From assembly GCA_965279035.1 (NCBI GenBank), contig OZ257142.1, forward strand, positions 512,001 to 576,000: DNA of 64,000 nt. The letters are read 5' to 3'. Positions 38,101 to 46,937 of the stretch are shown here, piece after piece. A program made the position numbers and the translations under genes. Each line of letters starts with the position of its first letter. Within the stretch, counting starts at the first letter, position 1. The notes under the pieces were generated by a model that was not told where the DNA came from, did no database searches, and worked only from the letters and a program-made list of their open reading frames with translations. Source of the DNA: Bacteroidia bacterium (lineage in GTDB: Bacteria; Bacteroidota; Bacteroidia; M30B66).

Positions 38101-38149
38101 AAAAAAGAAACCGTCTTCTCCTAAATAGCTAGGGAAAGACGGTTTTCTT
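38101..38149. terminator. Bidirectional terminator between the USP gene and serS
   Basis: AAACCGTCTT..CCTA / TAGG..AAGACGGTTT with A and T tracts on either side. Confidence 0.8.
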
Positions 38150-38162
38150 ATTTTCTATTCTA

Positions 38163-39437
38163 TCAGTTCAACAAATCGAATCCGCAATAAGGCACTAACG
38201 CTTTGGGGATACGAATTCCTTCAGGTGTTTGATGATTTTCGAGCAAAGCGGCTACAATGCGAGGTAAAGCCAATGCCGATCCATTGAGTGTGTGCGCTAA
38301 ACGTGGTTTTGAATCGCCTTCGCGGAAACGTAATTTCAAACGGTTACTTTGGAAAGCTTCAAAATTGGAAGTAGAACTCACTTCTAACCATTTGCCTTGA
38401 GCTGCTGAATATACTTCCATGTCGTAAGTGAAAGCAGATGCAAACCCCATATCACCACCACATAATTGCAATACGCGATAAGGAAGTTCCAACTCTTTCA
38501 ACAAGCTGGTAACGTGATTACGCATTTCCTCTAACAAGGTGTATGATTGGTCTGGATGTGCAATTTGAACGATCTCTACTTTATCGAATTGATGCAAACG
38601 ATTCAATCCACGAACATCTTTTCCGTATGAACCTGCTTCTCTTCGGAAACAAGGCGTATAACCACAGGCTTTAATCGGAAAATCTTCCGCTTTCTGAATG
38701 GTGTCGCGAAAAATATTGGTAATAGGAACCTCGGCAGTAGGAATCATATAAAAATCATCCACTTGCATATAATACATCTGGCCTTCTTTATCAGGCAATT
38801 GTCCTGTTCCAAAACCCGAATCAGCATTTACCATGAGTGGTGCTTGATATTCGGTATATCCAGCAGCAGTAGCACGTTCAAGGAAGAAGTTTATCAAAGC
38901 ACGTTGCAAACGAGCGCCTTTTCCTTTGTAAAACGGAAAGCCAGCACCTGTTACTTTCACACCTAATTCGAAGTCGACAATGTCGTATTTCTTAGCTAAA
39001 TCCCAGTGTGGTTGTGCATCAGCATGCAAAACAGGAATTTCTCCATGCGATTCTACAGTTACGTTTTCTTCCGGTCCGCGCCCAAAAGGAATGGCTGCAG
39101 ATGGAACATTGGGAATAGTCAACAAAATCTGACGAATCGATTCTTCAGCTTCCACCAATTTACCCTCTAAGACTTTGCTTTCTTCTTTAATCGTTGCTGT
39201 TTCTTCCTTCAACACATTGGCTTCGGCAGCTTTGCCCGATTTAAATAATTCACCAATCTCACGCGCAATCTGATTCGCACGTGCTAATTTGCTATCCAAC
39301 TCGGTTTGTACCGATTTGCGCATATCATCCAATGCGATAATCTGATCCACACGTTCGCGTGCATCTAGATTATTTCGTTTAGCCAATCCAGTAATGGCGG
39401 CCTCTTTATTTTCACGGAGATAAGGAACTTGAAGCAT
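38163..39437 (-). CDS. serS: Serine-tRNA ligase
   Basis: N-terminal coiled coil, GTGQLP, PTAEVP, CFRREAGSYG, RLHQFDKVE, HTLNGS; TAACTTTG at 39467-39460. Confidence 0.97.
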   Translation of the reverse strand: MLQVPYLRENKEAAITGLAKRNNLDARERVDQIIALDDMRKSVQTELDSKLARANQIAREIGELFKSGKAAEANVLKEETATIKEESKVLEGKLVEAEESIRQILLTIPNVPSAAIPFGRGPEENVTVESHGEIPVLHADAQPHWDLAKKYDIVDFELGVKVTGAGFPFYKGKGARLQRALINFFLERATAAGYTEYQAPLMVNADSGFGTGQLPDKEGQMYYMQVDDFYMIPTAEVPITNIFRDTIQKAEDFPIKACGYTPCFRREAGSYGKDVRGLNRLHQFDKVEIVQIAHPDQSYTLLEEMRNHVTSLLKELELPYRVLQLCGGDMGFASAFTYDMEVYSAAQGKWLEVSSTSNFEAFQSNRLKLRFREGDSKPRLAHTLNGSALALPRIVAALLENHQTPEGIRIPKALVPYCGFDLLN

Positions 39438-39532
39438 CGTTTTTCTATTTAAGCGGCGGCAAAGTTAAGCCTTGCCGGAAATTAACACACTCCTTTTGAA
39501 GTTCTTTGTAGTTTCGCCTTCTTCTTTCTGCT

Positions 39533-42500
39533 ATGTTTCGCCTCCTGATCAGTATTTTTATCTGCCTTTTTACCCTGAATAGTTCAATTAATGCTCAGGT
39601 TTCTCCATGTAATCAAGTCATTACCGACCCACAAGGTGCCGGCGTTTCTTATTTACCGGATTTGTTTTTTTTAGACACGATTTCTGGCGCACCCAATCAA
39701 AATCTCATAATCAATTTCTCCCTGATCGATTTAGCCGAAGGTGATACTTTACGTATTTATGATGGAATTTTCCTGAACGAACTCGCCATTTTTACTGCCG
39801 GAAGTCAGCTCGATAGTATTCAATCTCTAAGCTCATCTATCATCCTAAACTTCAACAGTGATCAAGCTTTTGAGGCCGAAGGATGGGAAGCGTCTCTAAG
39901 CTGTCAACCAGCTGATTTTATTCAACTCATATTTCCAACCGATACAATTTGTGCCGGATGGGAAGGAAATATCGATATCGATTTTCTAAGTAATCTTCCG
40001 CAAGACTTATTCATCGAAGCATTCCTTAGTAATGATGTCGGAGATTTTTCTAATCCAACACCCATTGGAGAAGCATTCACTTCCGACACAACGCTTTTCT
40101 TGGCATTATCAGCCGATTTAACAGCAAGCGACAACTACAAAATCCGAATTCAAATTAACCTTTCAGATAGTGTTTCAATTTATCAAGATGTTCCGGTAAA
40201 AATTAATACAGCTCCTCAACAGCCAAGCATTACAGGTCCTACAACCTTTTGCGGAGAATCAGTTACGTTCAGCACCGAAGATCAATTTCGGATTGATTTC
40301 CAGTGGTTTTTGAATGCCGACTCCATTCCTTCTGCTAGCAATTTCAACCTAAATACAAATCAATCAGGAACATATTGGGTTACAGCATCAAATAGTTGTG
40401 GAACGCTTTCCTCTTCGACTTTCATTTTAACTCAAATTCCACTGCCCACAACCGCTGTTATACAAACGAACGATGATCAACTATGTCCGGGAGAAGAGGC
40501 CAACATTAGCTTTACTACCGATGGTGACACTTCAGCTTTTACTTGGATTCGATCTGGTTTGCAATTGAGTTTTACTACAGAAGAAATCCAAACTACTGTT
40601 CCAGGAGAATACGTGTTATCTCGCAGTAATCAATGTGGCAGCAGTTTATCCGACACGCTCTTAATTGAAGCCATCCCACTTCCACCAGCAGTAATCATTC
40701 AAGCAGCCGGACCGCTCAGTTTTTGTGAAACTGGAATAGTGCAGTTGAATATTCCCACTGTCGGTAATAACCAAATTCAATGGTTTCGGGATTCGATTGC
40801 AATTCAAACAGGTACTGAAACATTCGATGCTAGTTTATCGGGAATCTATTCGGTTTCGTTGAGTAATGTATGCGGTACAACTCCATCCATCAATACTGCT
40901 GAAGTAAGTGTGCAACTCAACCCAATTCCAGCTATCTTGAGTGCTGCCGGTCCAACTACTCTGTGTGAAGGAAACAGCGTTTTGCTTTTAGCAGAAGTTG
41001 CCAGCGGACAACAAATTTCGTGGCTATTCAATGGTCAACCAACAGGTAATTCAAATGTGCAGTTAAGTGCCAATCAAACGGGCGTTTACAGTTTAACTAC
41101 CAGTAATTCCTGCGGATCAGTTTCATCGCAAAACAACATTCCAGTTACCATTAATCCGCTACCATTTGAACCAACACTTTACAGTTTAAGTACACCAGCA
41201 CTTTGCAATGGAAGTTCAGTTACGATTGCAGTCGAAGCGCAAACAGGCGTTACTTATGCTTGGAAACGGAATGGTTCGGCTTTTCCTGGAACGACCAATA
41301 GTGTCACTACTTCGCAACAAGGTGTATACACGGTTTCGGTGAGTAATGGATGTGGCACATTGTTAAGCACCAACACCATAAGCGTAATATCTGGTTCTGC
41401 TCCTGTAAATCCTACTATCACTGCCGGTGGGACAACAACCTTTTGTCAGGGATTATCAGTAACGCTCACGACACCACCACAACAAGGTGTTATTTATTCT
41501 TGGCTGCTCAATGGTATTCCAACGGGCGATGCATCTTTCTCCATGCAAGCAACTCAAGGCGGCACCTATACCGTTGAAGTTTCCAATGCATGCGACACAC
41601 TAGTTTCTTCAACTAACTTGCCTGTCAATGTATTACCACTTCCTATACAAGTCGAAATAACTCCAATTGGCGAGTACAGCATTTGTCAGGGCGATAGTTT
41701 TGAACTCAATATACCTGTCGTTTCGGGTGTGAGCTATCAATGGCGTCGAAACAATCAACCAGTTGGACTAAACACCAACAGTATTGATGCATTTCAGGAA
41801 GGTAGTTATACCATTGTGCTCGGTAACTCATGTGGCACAACTCCAGCATCCAACTCAGTTTACCTGAATATCGATTCTATTCAACCAGCTCTTTCCGCCA
41901 TTGTTGCTCAACCGGGCACAGCTCTTTGTCCGGGTGGTTATGTGCTACTTAATGCTGCACCCGTTCCTTTTCAGTTGTATCATTGGTACTTAGACGGTGT
42001 CCAAATTCCCAATCAGTTTTCGGCAGTATTACAAGCCACCGAATGGGGAACTTATACCTTACAAACGAACAATGCCTGTGGCACTTCGGCAGAATCTCCT
42101 TCAGTTACGCTCGGACCGGGAGATCCTCCGTCCGATTTTGAAATTTATATTACAAGTGATTCTGTTTTTTGCTCCAACGATAGTCTTGCCATCAATGCAC
42201 AAACTGAATTTGGGGTATCTATTCGTTGGTTTCTAAATGATGTTTTTTTGGTTGAAGGTCCAGCTCAGATTTATGCTCATCAAGCAGGTGTTTACACAGC
42301 AAATTGTTGGAATGGTTGCGGCGAAGCTTCAGGAACTAATCAGTTAGAAATTTCTACGATACCTGCACCCGAAATTCCTATCATCAACCAAAGCGGAAAC
42401 AACCTTACAACCAACGCTTCTGGCACGTTACAATGGCTCGATGCCATATACACAGCCATTCCGGGGGAAACATCTACTCAATTCACACCCGAACCGGTGA

Positions 42501-42817
42501 ATGCTATCTATTTTGTTCAAACCACAGCACCAAATGGGTGTTCCGCTATTTCAGAACCGTTCCACTATAACGTTGATGGAATCGAACAGATCAATTCGAC
42601 CAGTCTGAATTTCTATCCCAATCCCGCCTCCGAATTGATATTCATCCAAAACCCTGGAAACTATACCACGTTTCAGCTTTGTGATATTACAGGTCGTATC
42701 GTAAAAACCAGCAGCATCGCAACCAATAGTAGCATGAGCATGAGTTTAAGCGACTTAACACCCGGGATTTACTGGCTCAAAACCCCAAACAGCACACAAC
42801 GATTGGTGATTTTTTAA
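39533..42817 (+). CDS. Large T9SS-sorted surface protein: CUB-like domain plus about nine Ig-like repeats
   Basis: Signal peptide; GDTLRIYDG..FNSD...GWEA (CUB-like); nine GxYxVxxxNxCG repeats; CTD FYPNPA...GIYWL. Confidence 0.85.
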   Translation: MFRLLISIFICLFTLNSSINAQVSPCNQVITDPQGAGVSYLPDLFFLDTISGAPNQNLIINFSLIDLAEGDTLRIYDGIFLNELAIFTAGSQLDSIQSLSSSIILNFNSDQAFEAEGWEASLSCQPADFIQLIFPTDTICAGWEGNIDIDFLSNLPQDLFIEAFLSNDVGDFSNPTPIGEAFTSDTTLFLALSADLTASDNYKIRIQINLSDSVSIYQDVPVKINTAPQQPSITGPTTFCGESVTFSTEDQFRIDFQWFLNADSIPSASNFNLNTNQSGTYWVTASNSCGTLSSSTFILTQIPLPTTAVIQTNDDQLCPGEEANISFTTDGDTSAFTWIRSGLQLSFTTEEIQTTVPGEYVLSRSNQCGSSLSDTLLIEAIPLPPAVIIQAAGPLSFCETGIVQLNIPTVGNNQIQWFRDSIAIQTGTETFDASLSGIYSVSLSNVCGTTPSINTAEVSVQLNPIPAILSAAGPTTLCEGNSVLLLAEVASGQQISWLFNGQPTGNSNVQLSANQTGVYSLTTSNSCGSVSSQNNIPVTINPLPFEPTLYSLSTPALCNGSSVTIAVEAQTGVTYAWKRNGSAFPGTTNSVTTSQQGVYTVSVSNGCGTLLSTNTISVISGSAPVNPTITAGGTTTFCQGLSVTLTTPPQQGVIYSWLLNGIPTGDASFSMQATQGGTYTVEVSNACDTLVSSTNLPVNVLPLPIQVEITPIGEYSICQGDSFELNIPVVSGVSYQWRRNNQPVGLNTNSIDAFQEGSYTIVLGNSCGTTPASNSVYLNIDSIQPALSAIVAQPGTALCPGGYVLLNAAPVPFQLYHWYLDGVQIPNQFSAVLQATEWGTYTLQTNNACGTSAESPSVTLGPGDPPSDFEIYITSDSVFCSNDSLAINAQTEFGVSIRWFLNDVFLVEGPAQIYAHQAGVYTANCWNGCGEASGTNQLEISTIPAPEIPIINQSGNNLTTNASGTLQWLDAIYTAIPGETSTQFTPEPVNAIYFVQTTAPNGCSAISEPFHYNVDGIEQINSTSLNFYPNPASELIFIQNPGNYTTFQLCDITGRIVKTSSIATNSSMSMSLSDLTPGIYWLKTPNSTQRLVIF
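40205..42370 (+). repeat. About nine tandem ~80-aa Ig-like repeats, approximate bounds
   Basis: Recurring (F/L)C.G.SV.L...Y.W..NG...G.Y.V..SN.CG pattern. Confidence 0.8.
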
Positions 42818-42872
42818 TGGTTAAATAGGACTTACCTTACCAATCCGTTCGGTCGATTAGTAATCCGAGATT

Positions 42873-43607
42873 TTACGAACGTATTGTCTTATCGGCTACC
42901 ATTTCGGCGCGATAACGTCCACTTTGCACCCGTGTTAATTGATAAATTGTAGCATACAACACCCACATCAATAGCGTATAACATAATGTAACACCCCAAA
43001 CGCCCGGGTAATCCGATGGGGTGCTGATATAATGCAATACATCACTAAATAACCGTATCGGATGATGCAATAAATCCCAAGAATTCCAACGATCAAAGCG
43101 ACCAAGGTAAATTCCAAAGCTGCTTAAAAACAGCGTCGTGCCTGCAAACAACCAGCCTATCAACCAAGTAAAACGTTCTTTAATCAAGGCATGCATATCG
43201 AATAAAGATGCACAGCCGAGCATAATTCCATTCCAAGCAAACGATAAAATCAAGACTAAATCGAACCATTGAGGCACGCCAGGTCGAGGATACAGGTGGA
43301 ATAAATCGGTAATGATGTAAAAGGCATTCGGTAAGAAGAGCAACCAAGTAATCGTCAAACCATAGGAAATTAGATGGCTTTTATGACGCAATCGATACAC
43401 CGTTAACAAGGTCGACAATCCCAACGGAATGACTGCCAAAAACAGATTCCAAATCAGAAATAGATAAGTAAGTTCGCCCGTTCTCCAAATGCGAGCTGCT
43501 AATAACACAAAGCTTAAAATAATTGAAGCCGAAAAGCTAATGGCGACACCAGCTCGGTTATGCGATTTAAAGTAAACGTGTAAGCGACGGACAAAATAAG
43601 GAGTCAT
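42873..43607 (-). CDS. DUF1361 membrane protein
   Basis: FLIWNLFLAVIP, WLLFLPNAFYIITDLFHL, GIYLGRFDRWNSWD. Confidence 0.9.
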   Translation of the reverse strand: MTPYFVRRLHVYFKSHNRAGVAISFSASIILSFVLLAARIWRTGELTYLFLIWNLFLAVIPLGLSTLLTVYRLRHKSHLISYGLTITWLLFLPNAFYIITDLFHLYPRPGVPQWFDLVLILSFAWNGIMLGCASLFDMHALIKERFTWLIGWLFAGTTLFLSSFGIYLGRFDRWNSWDLLHHPIRLFSDVLHYISTPSDYPGVWGVTLCYTLLMWVLYATIYQLTRVQSGRYRAEMVADKTIRS

Positions 43608-43679
43608 AAAACGATTGAGAGCTCCTTTAACGTACGCAGTCTTGCAAAAGTGCTGGCATTATGAATTTTTAACGATTCA

Positions 43680-44039
43680 TCAGCTCAACAAACGATAGAC
43701 ATACGGCCCAAACACCCAAATGGCAATACATACAGCCATAATCGACACGATTAGAACTGCGCCTGCTCCTAAATCTTTAGCTTGACCAATCAATGGGTCT
43801 TCTTCTTTCGTAATTCGGTCGGCTAATCGCTCCAATGCCGCATTTATCAGCTCCGACGAAATCACTATGCCCATGGCTAGTGTAATCAAGCACCACTCTA
43901 TAGGAGAAATAGAAAACCAGCAACCTAAACCAATAACCAGCATTGCTGCCAGCACATGAAAACGCAAATGTGCTTCAGTTTTCAAACCATGTACAATCCC
44001 TTGAATGGCAAATCTGAATGCTAAAAGCCGGGTTTTCAT
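43680..44039 (-). CDS. Diacylglycerol/undecaprenol kinase family (DgkA-like)
   Basis: FRFAIQGI....E..LRFH, ELINAALE...D, AKDLGAGAVL; ATGA overlap with the upstream ATPase gene. Confidence 0.9.
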   Translation of the reverse strand: MKTRLLAFRFAIQGIVHGLKTEAHLRFHVLAAMLVIGLGCWFSISPIEWCLITLAMGIVISSELINAALERLADRITKEEDPLIGQAKDLGAGAVLIVSIMAVCIAIWVFGPYVYRLLS

Positions 44040-45169
44040 TGTATCCAGTTGAGGTAATTGCTGGGAGAAATAACGCTAAACTCAGACTCAGGATAAGCAT
44101 CTTTCCAGGCTGAAGGAATTTTCTCTTTACCTGAATCTTTCCATTTGCATTCATAGGCATACAGCTTTCCATTTCGATCTTCCACCCAATCAATTTCCTG
44201 TTGCTGATAAGTGCGCCAGAAATAATTCAACGAATGTAAATTGGTGTATGACTGAAACTTCAACCGTTCCATCATCAGGTAATTTTCCCAAAGTTCACCT
44301 ACATCATTCCGCAAGGGTAGCGCATTGAAATTATTTATCAGCGCATTTCGAATTCCGTTATCCGTAAAGTAATAACGCGCATGTCGGGTGACTTCTTTCC
44401 GCAAATTCCGACTAAACCCTTGAAGCTTTTGAATGACGAATACCTTCTGTAATAAATCGAGGTAACGATCAACTGTGTTTTTACTTATTCCCAAATTCCG
44501 ACTCAATTCATCCAAGGAAACTTCTTTTCCCGGTTGAAACGCAATCAAGCGCAACAAATCACTCACTTTCGAAGCATTTCGGATACCTTCAAATTCTAGA
44601 ATGTCTTTCAGTAAATACGACGAAACTATGTCGCGCAGGTAATCTGCTTTTTCATCCAAGGAGTTTAAATGCACGAGCTCTGGATAGTTTCCATATACGA
44701 GTCGTTCGGGCAAACGGGCTTGTGTTTCCAGCACGTTTTCGTAGTTCGAATATTCCATTTGGGCAAATGGATATAAATACACAACCTTCTTTCTGCCTGT
44801 AAGTGGTTCACCGGTACTATTTCTCAAGTCAAACACCGACGAGCCCGTTGCAATTATGTGTAATCCTTCAATTTCATCCACCATCAATTTCAAGCACCAA
44901 CCAATCTCCGGTATACGATGCGCTTCATCAATTACTAGCAGTTTGTTATTGCCTACTAAACGGGTGTAATTCTCCACCGTTCGGTTTTGAAATGTTGATT
45001 GAACAAGTGAGTCATCTCCATTCAAAAAGAGATAGGGCAAACCTAATTCGGGAAGTATGTTCTTTAAAAACCAAGTTTTACCTGTTCTTCTTGCGCCTAA
45101 AAGCAGCAATACTTTATTGGGCTTCAGTGACTTACGAAAACTTTCTTCAATTGCCCGATGTATTTTCAT
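44036..45169 (-). CDS. AAA_14 ATPase + DUF4143 (PD-(D/E)XK-like) protein, second paralogue
   Basis: Walker A GARRTGKT, Walker B IDEAH, ATGSS, EPLTGRK, YGNYPE, wHTH-like ELSRNLGISKNTVDRYL, EIDWVE...AYECK. Confidence 0.9.
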   Translation of the reverse strand: MKIHRAIEESFRKSLKPNKVLLLLGARRTGKTWFLKNILPELGLPYLFLNGDDSLVQSTFQNRTVENYTRLVGNNKLLVIDEAHRIPEIGWCLKLMVDEIEGLHIIATGSSVFDLRNSTGEPLTGRKKVVYLYPFAQMEYSNYENVLETQARLPERLVYGNYPELVHLNSLDEKADYLRDIVSSYLLKDILEFEGIRNASKVSDLLRLIAFQPGKEVSLDELSRNLGISKNTVDRYLDLLQKVFVIQKLQGFSRNLRKEVTRHARYYFTDNGIRNALINNFNALPLRNDVGELWENYLMMERLKFQSYTNLHSLNYFWRTYQQQEIDWVEDRNGKLYAYECKWKDSGKEKIPSAWKDAYPESEFSVISPSNYLNWIQ

Positions 45170-45196
45170 ACATCAAAGCTACACATTTTTGAATTC

Positions 45197-45262
45197 CTAT
45201 TGACGATTTTTAATGAAATTCAGTCATCATACTGACGATATTTAATCAAATTCAGTCAATAG
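45197..45262. promoter_or_regulatory. Two 26-bp direct repeats (32-bp period) inside an 8-bp inverted repeat, upstream of the AAA/DUF4143 gene
   Basis: TGACGATTTTTAATGAAATTCAGTCA (45201-45226) and TGACGATATTTAATCAAATTCAGTCA (45233-45258), 24/26 identical; CTATTGAC (45197) / GTCAATAG (45262); TAGCTTTG at 45181-45174. Confidence 0.75.
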
Positions 45263-45263
45263 C

Positions 45264-45320
45264 CTATTCGTTTGAATCTTTTAAATCGCTGCTTTTCTTA
45301 TAAATAGGCACCTTAGAACC
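45264..45320 (-). pseudogene. Displaced second copy of the DUF2480 3' end
   Basis: 45294-45319 matches 46104-46129 at 23/26 nt; translates SKVPIYKKSSDLKDSNE* versus STVPIYKK* in the intact gene. Confidence 0.75.
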
Positions 45321-45468
45321 ACAACCGATCTTTTAGGCAGATGTTTTTAATTTTCGTTTTAACTTGGAGATGAGTGGCTATAAACCGTATCAAACTAAAA
45401 AGTTTCGAAACACTGTCTATTCGGAAAACTCTTTGAAATATAAAATATAAGCTTTTGATTTTACCAAC

Positions 45469-45789
45469 CTATCGTATCTCAATAGGTCCAGTTTGCAAGT
45501 CAGATTTTAACACGTCTTTTATCTTTTGAACTAGTCTTTTCAATGTTTCATAACTATTGTCAGAAGCATTTAATACAAGAACCGTTATTGAATATTTTGT
45601 AAAATTCTGCTGATACTGCAAGTTTTTATCAAAGGTTAATAAAGCGTCAAATTTGTTGTCTATTAACAATGTCAGTAATTTTCCATTAGAAATTCCTGCC
45701 CATCCTTTATCTGCTACAGTGAAAATTTCATGCTCAATAAAGTCTTGTTTTAATCTTTTGGGTAGATTTTCATCAAGCAGCAGTCTCAT
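45469..45789 (-). CDS. DUF5615 PIN-like toxin (VapC45-like)
   Basis: MRLLLDENLP...GW.GISNGKLL...DALLTFDKNL. Confidence 0.88.
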   Translation of the reverse strand: MRLLLDENLPKRLKQDFIEHEIFTVADKGWAGISNGKLLTLLIDNKFDALLTFDKNLQYQQNFTKYSITVLVLNASDNSYETLKRLVQKIKDVLKSDLQTGPIEIR

Positions 45790-46015
45790 AGATTTGCTGG
45801 ATGTTTTTTGAAGTCAATATTTTACTTGCTATTTCGATTACTGCAATGGCTTGCTCCTTTTTTACAGTAGGAAAATCATCAAGAAATTCATCAAGTGCTA
45901 TTCCTTTCTCTATATGATCAAATAGTGTTTGAATAGGAACTCGTGTTCCCATAAAAACAGGATTACCTGATAGTATTTCCTTATCTATAGTTATATAGTC
46001 TTTAATTCTATACAT
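45773..46015 (-). CDS. DUF433 antitoxin
   Basis: ITIDKEILSGNPVFMGTRVPIQTLFDHI..G..LDEFLDDFP. Confidence 0.92.
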   Translation of the reverse strand: MYRIKDYITIDKEILSGNPVFMGTRVPIQTLFDHIEKGIALDEFLDDFPTVKKEQAIAVIEIASKILTSKNIQQIYETAA

Positions 46016-46019
46016 GATT

Positions 46020-46061
46020 CAAATATACGAAAATCTACGAAATACCCGTCAAATGGGTATT
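46020..46061 (-). promoter_or_regulatory. TA operon promoter (TATATTTG) with a 7-bp inverted-repeat operator
   Basis: TATATTTG at 46027-46020, 4 nt before ATG; AATACCC-N7-GGGTATT at 46041-46061. Confidence 0.65.
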
Positions 46062-46100
46062 CTGTGAATTATGACGTAAATGCCAATCATTTACAGCTAA

Positions 46101-46607
46101 CTATTTCTTATATATCGGCACCGTAGAACAGGCTTCACCGTACATGATACTTTTCGTAATCGGACGAAGCTTATTCGTTAGCATGACAAATGCTGACCGT
46201 GGAACGGGAAGGTTGCCGCAACCTTTGATAATCACGCGTTGGTTTTCGTATTCCGAAACATCCAAACTATCAATAATCTCTTTGTATAACTCGCTCTCTA
46301 GCGTTTCTAAATCACCAAATACAATACGTTTTGCATATGGTTCTAATTGAGCTGCCAATAACATATACGCCCAAACTGGAATTATCGCATCAGCAGAACA
46401 ATAAACCGCTACATAAGCATTGGAATATGTCGACCAGTCGTTCGTTTTCAACCATTCGCGAAAGTCTTTCTCCTTGAGAATTTGTCCCATGAACAGCTGC
46501 TCGGTAATGTCAATCTGCCGGCGAACACCTTTTATATAGTAATCTTCCAGATCGATGTTGATCAGTCCGCTATTAGCTACTTTATTGACAATTACCTCTT
46601 CCATCAC
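46101..46607 (-). CDS. DUF2480 family protein
   Basis: IVNKVANSGLINIDLEDYY, ILKEKDFR, CSADAIIPVWAYML, VIIKGC, SIMYGEACSTVP; usual last gene of Bacteroidota suf clusters. Confidence 0.92.
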   Translation of the reverse strand: MMEEVIVNKVANSGLINIDLEDYYIKGVRRQIDITEQLFMGQILKEKDFREWLKTNDWSTYSNAYVAVYCSADAIIPVWAYMLLAAQLEPYAKRIVFGDLETLESELYKEIIDSLDVSEYENQRVIIKGCGNLPVPRSAFVMLTNKLRPITKSIMYGEACSTVPIYKK

Positions 46608-46615
46608 GGTAAGAA

Positions 46616-46933
46616 TTATAAAAATCCTAATTCCAATTTAGCTTCTTCGCTCATCATGCTTTGATCCCAAGCCGGCTCAAACGTGATTTCCACCTTTGCC
46701 GAATTCACTCCTTCAACCGTTTTGATTTTCTCTTCTACATCAGGAGGCAAAGTTTCAGCAACCGGACAAGAAGGTGAAGTAAGAGTCATCACAATCTGAA
46801 CATCCCGATTTTCGTTGATATTCACCTCGTAGATTAAGCCCAGCTCGTAGATATTCACGGGGATTTCTGGGTCATAACAGGTCCGGATCATGTCGATCAC
46901 ATCCTTCTCAAGTTGTTCGAGTGTCTTTTCCAT
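46616..46933 (-). CDS. SUF Fe-S assembly protein, DUF59/SufT-like
   Basis: YDPEIPVNIYELGLIY, MTLTSPSCPVAE, FEPAW..MMSEEAKLELG. Confidence 0.93.
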   Translation of the reverse strand: MEKTLEQLEKDVIDMIRTCYDPEIPVNIYELGLIYEVNINENRDVQIVMTLTSPSCPVAETLPPDVEEKIKTVEGVNSAKVEITFEPAWDQSMMSEEAKLELGFL

Positions 46934-46937
46934 CGAC

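Larger units (their letters stand above)
45320..46103. mobile_element. Integrase-free ~0.8-kb insert carrying a DUF433/DUF5615 TA pair, between two copies of the DUF2480 3' end
   Basis: Direct repeats 810 bp apart; AT-rich cargo; own promoter. Insertion is inferred. Confidence 0.6.

Noticed and set aside
45197-45262. 26-bp repeats as a mini CRISPR array or iterons
   Set aside because: Only two units with a 6-nt spacer, and no cas or rep gene; the position over a promoter favours an operator.
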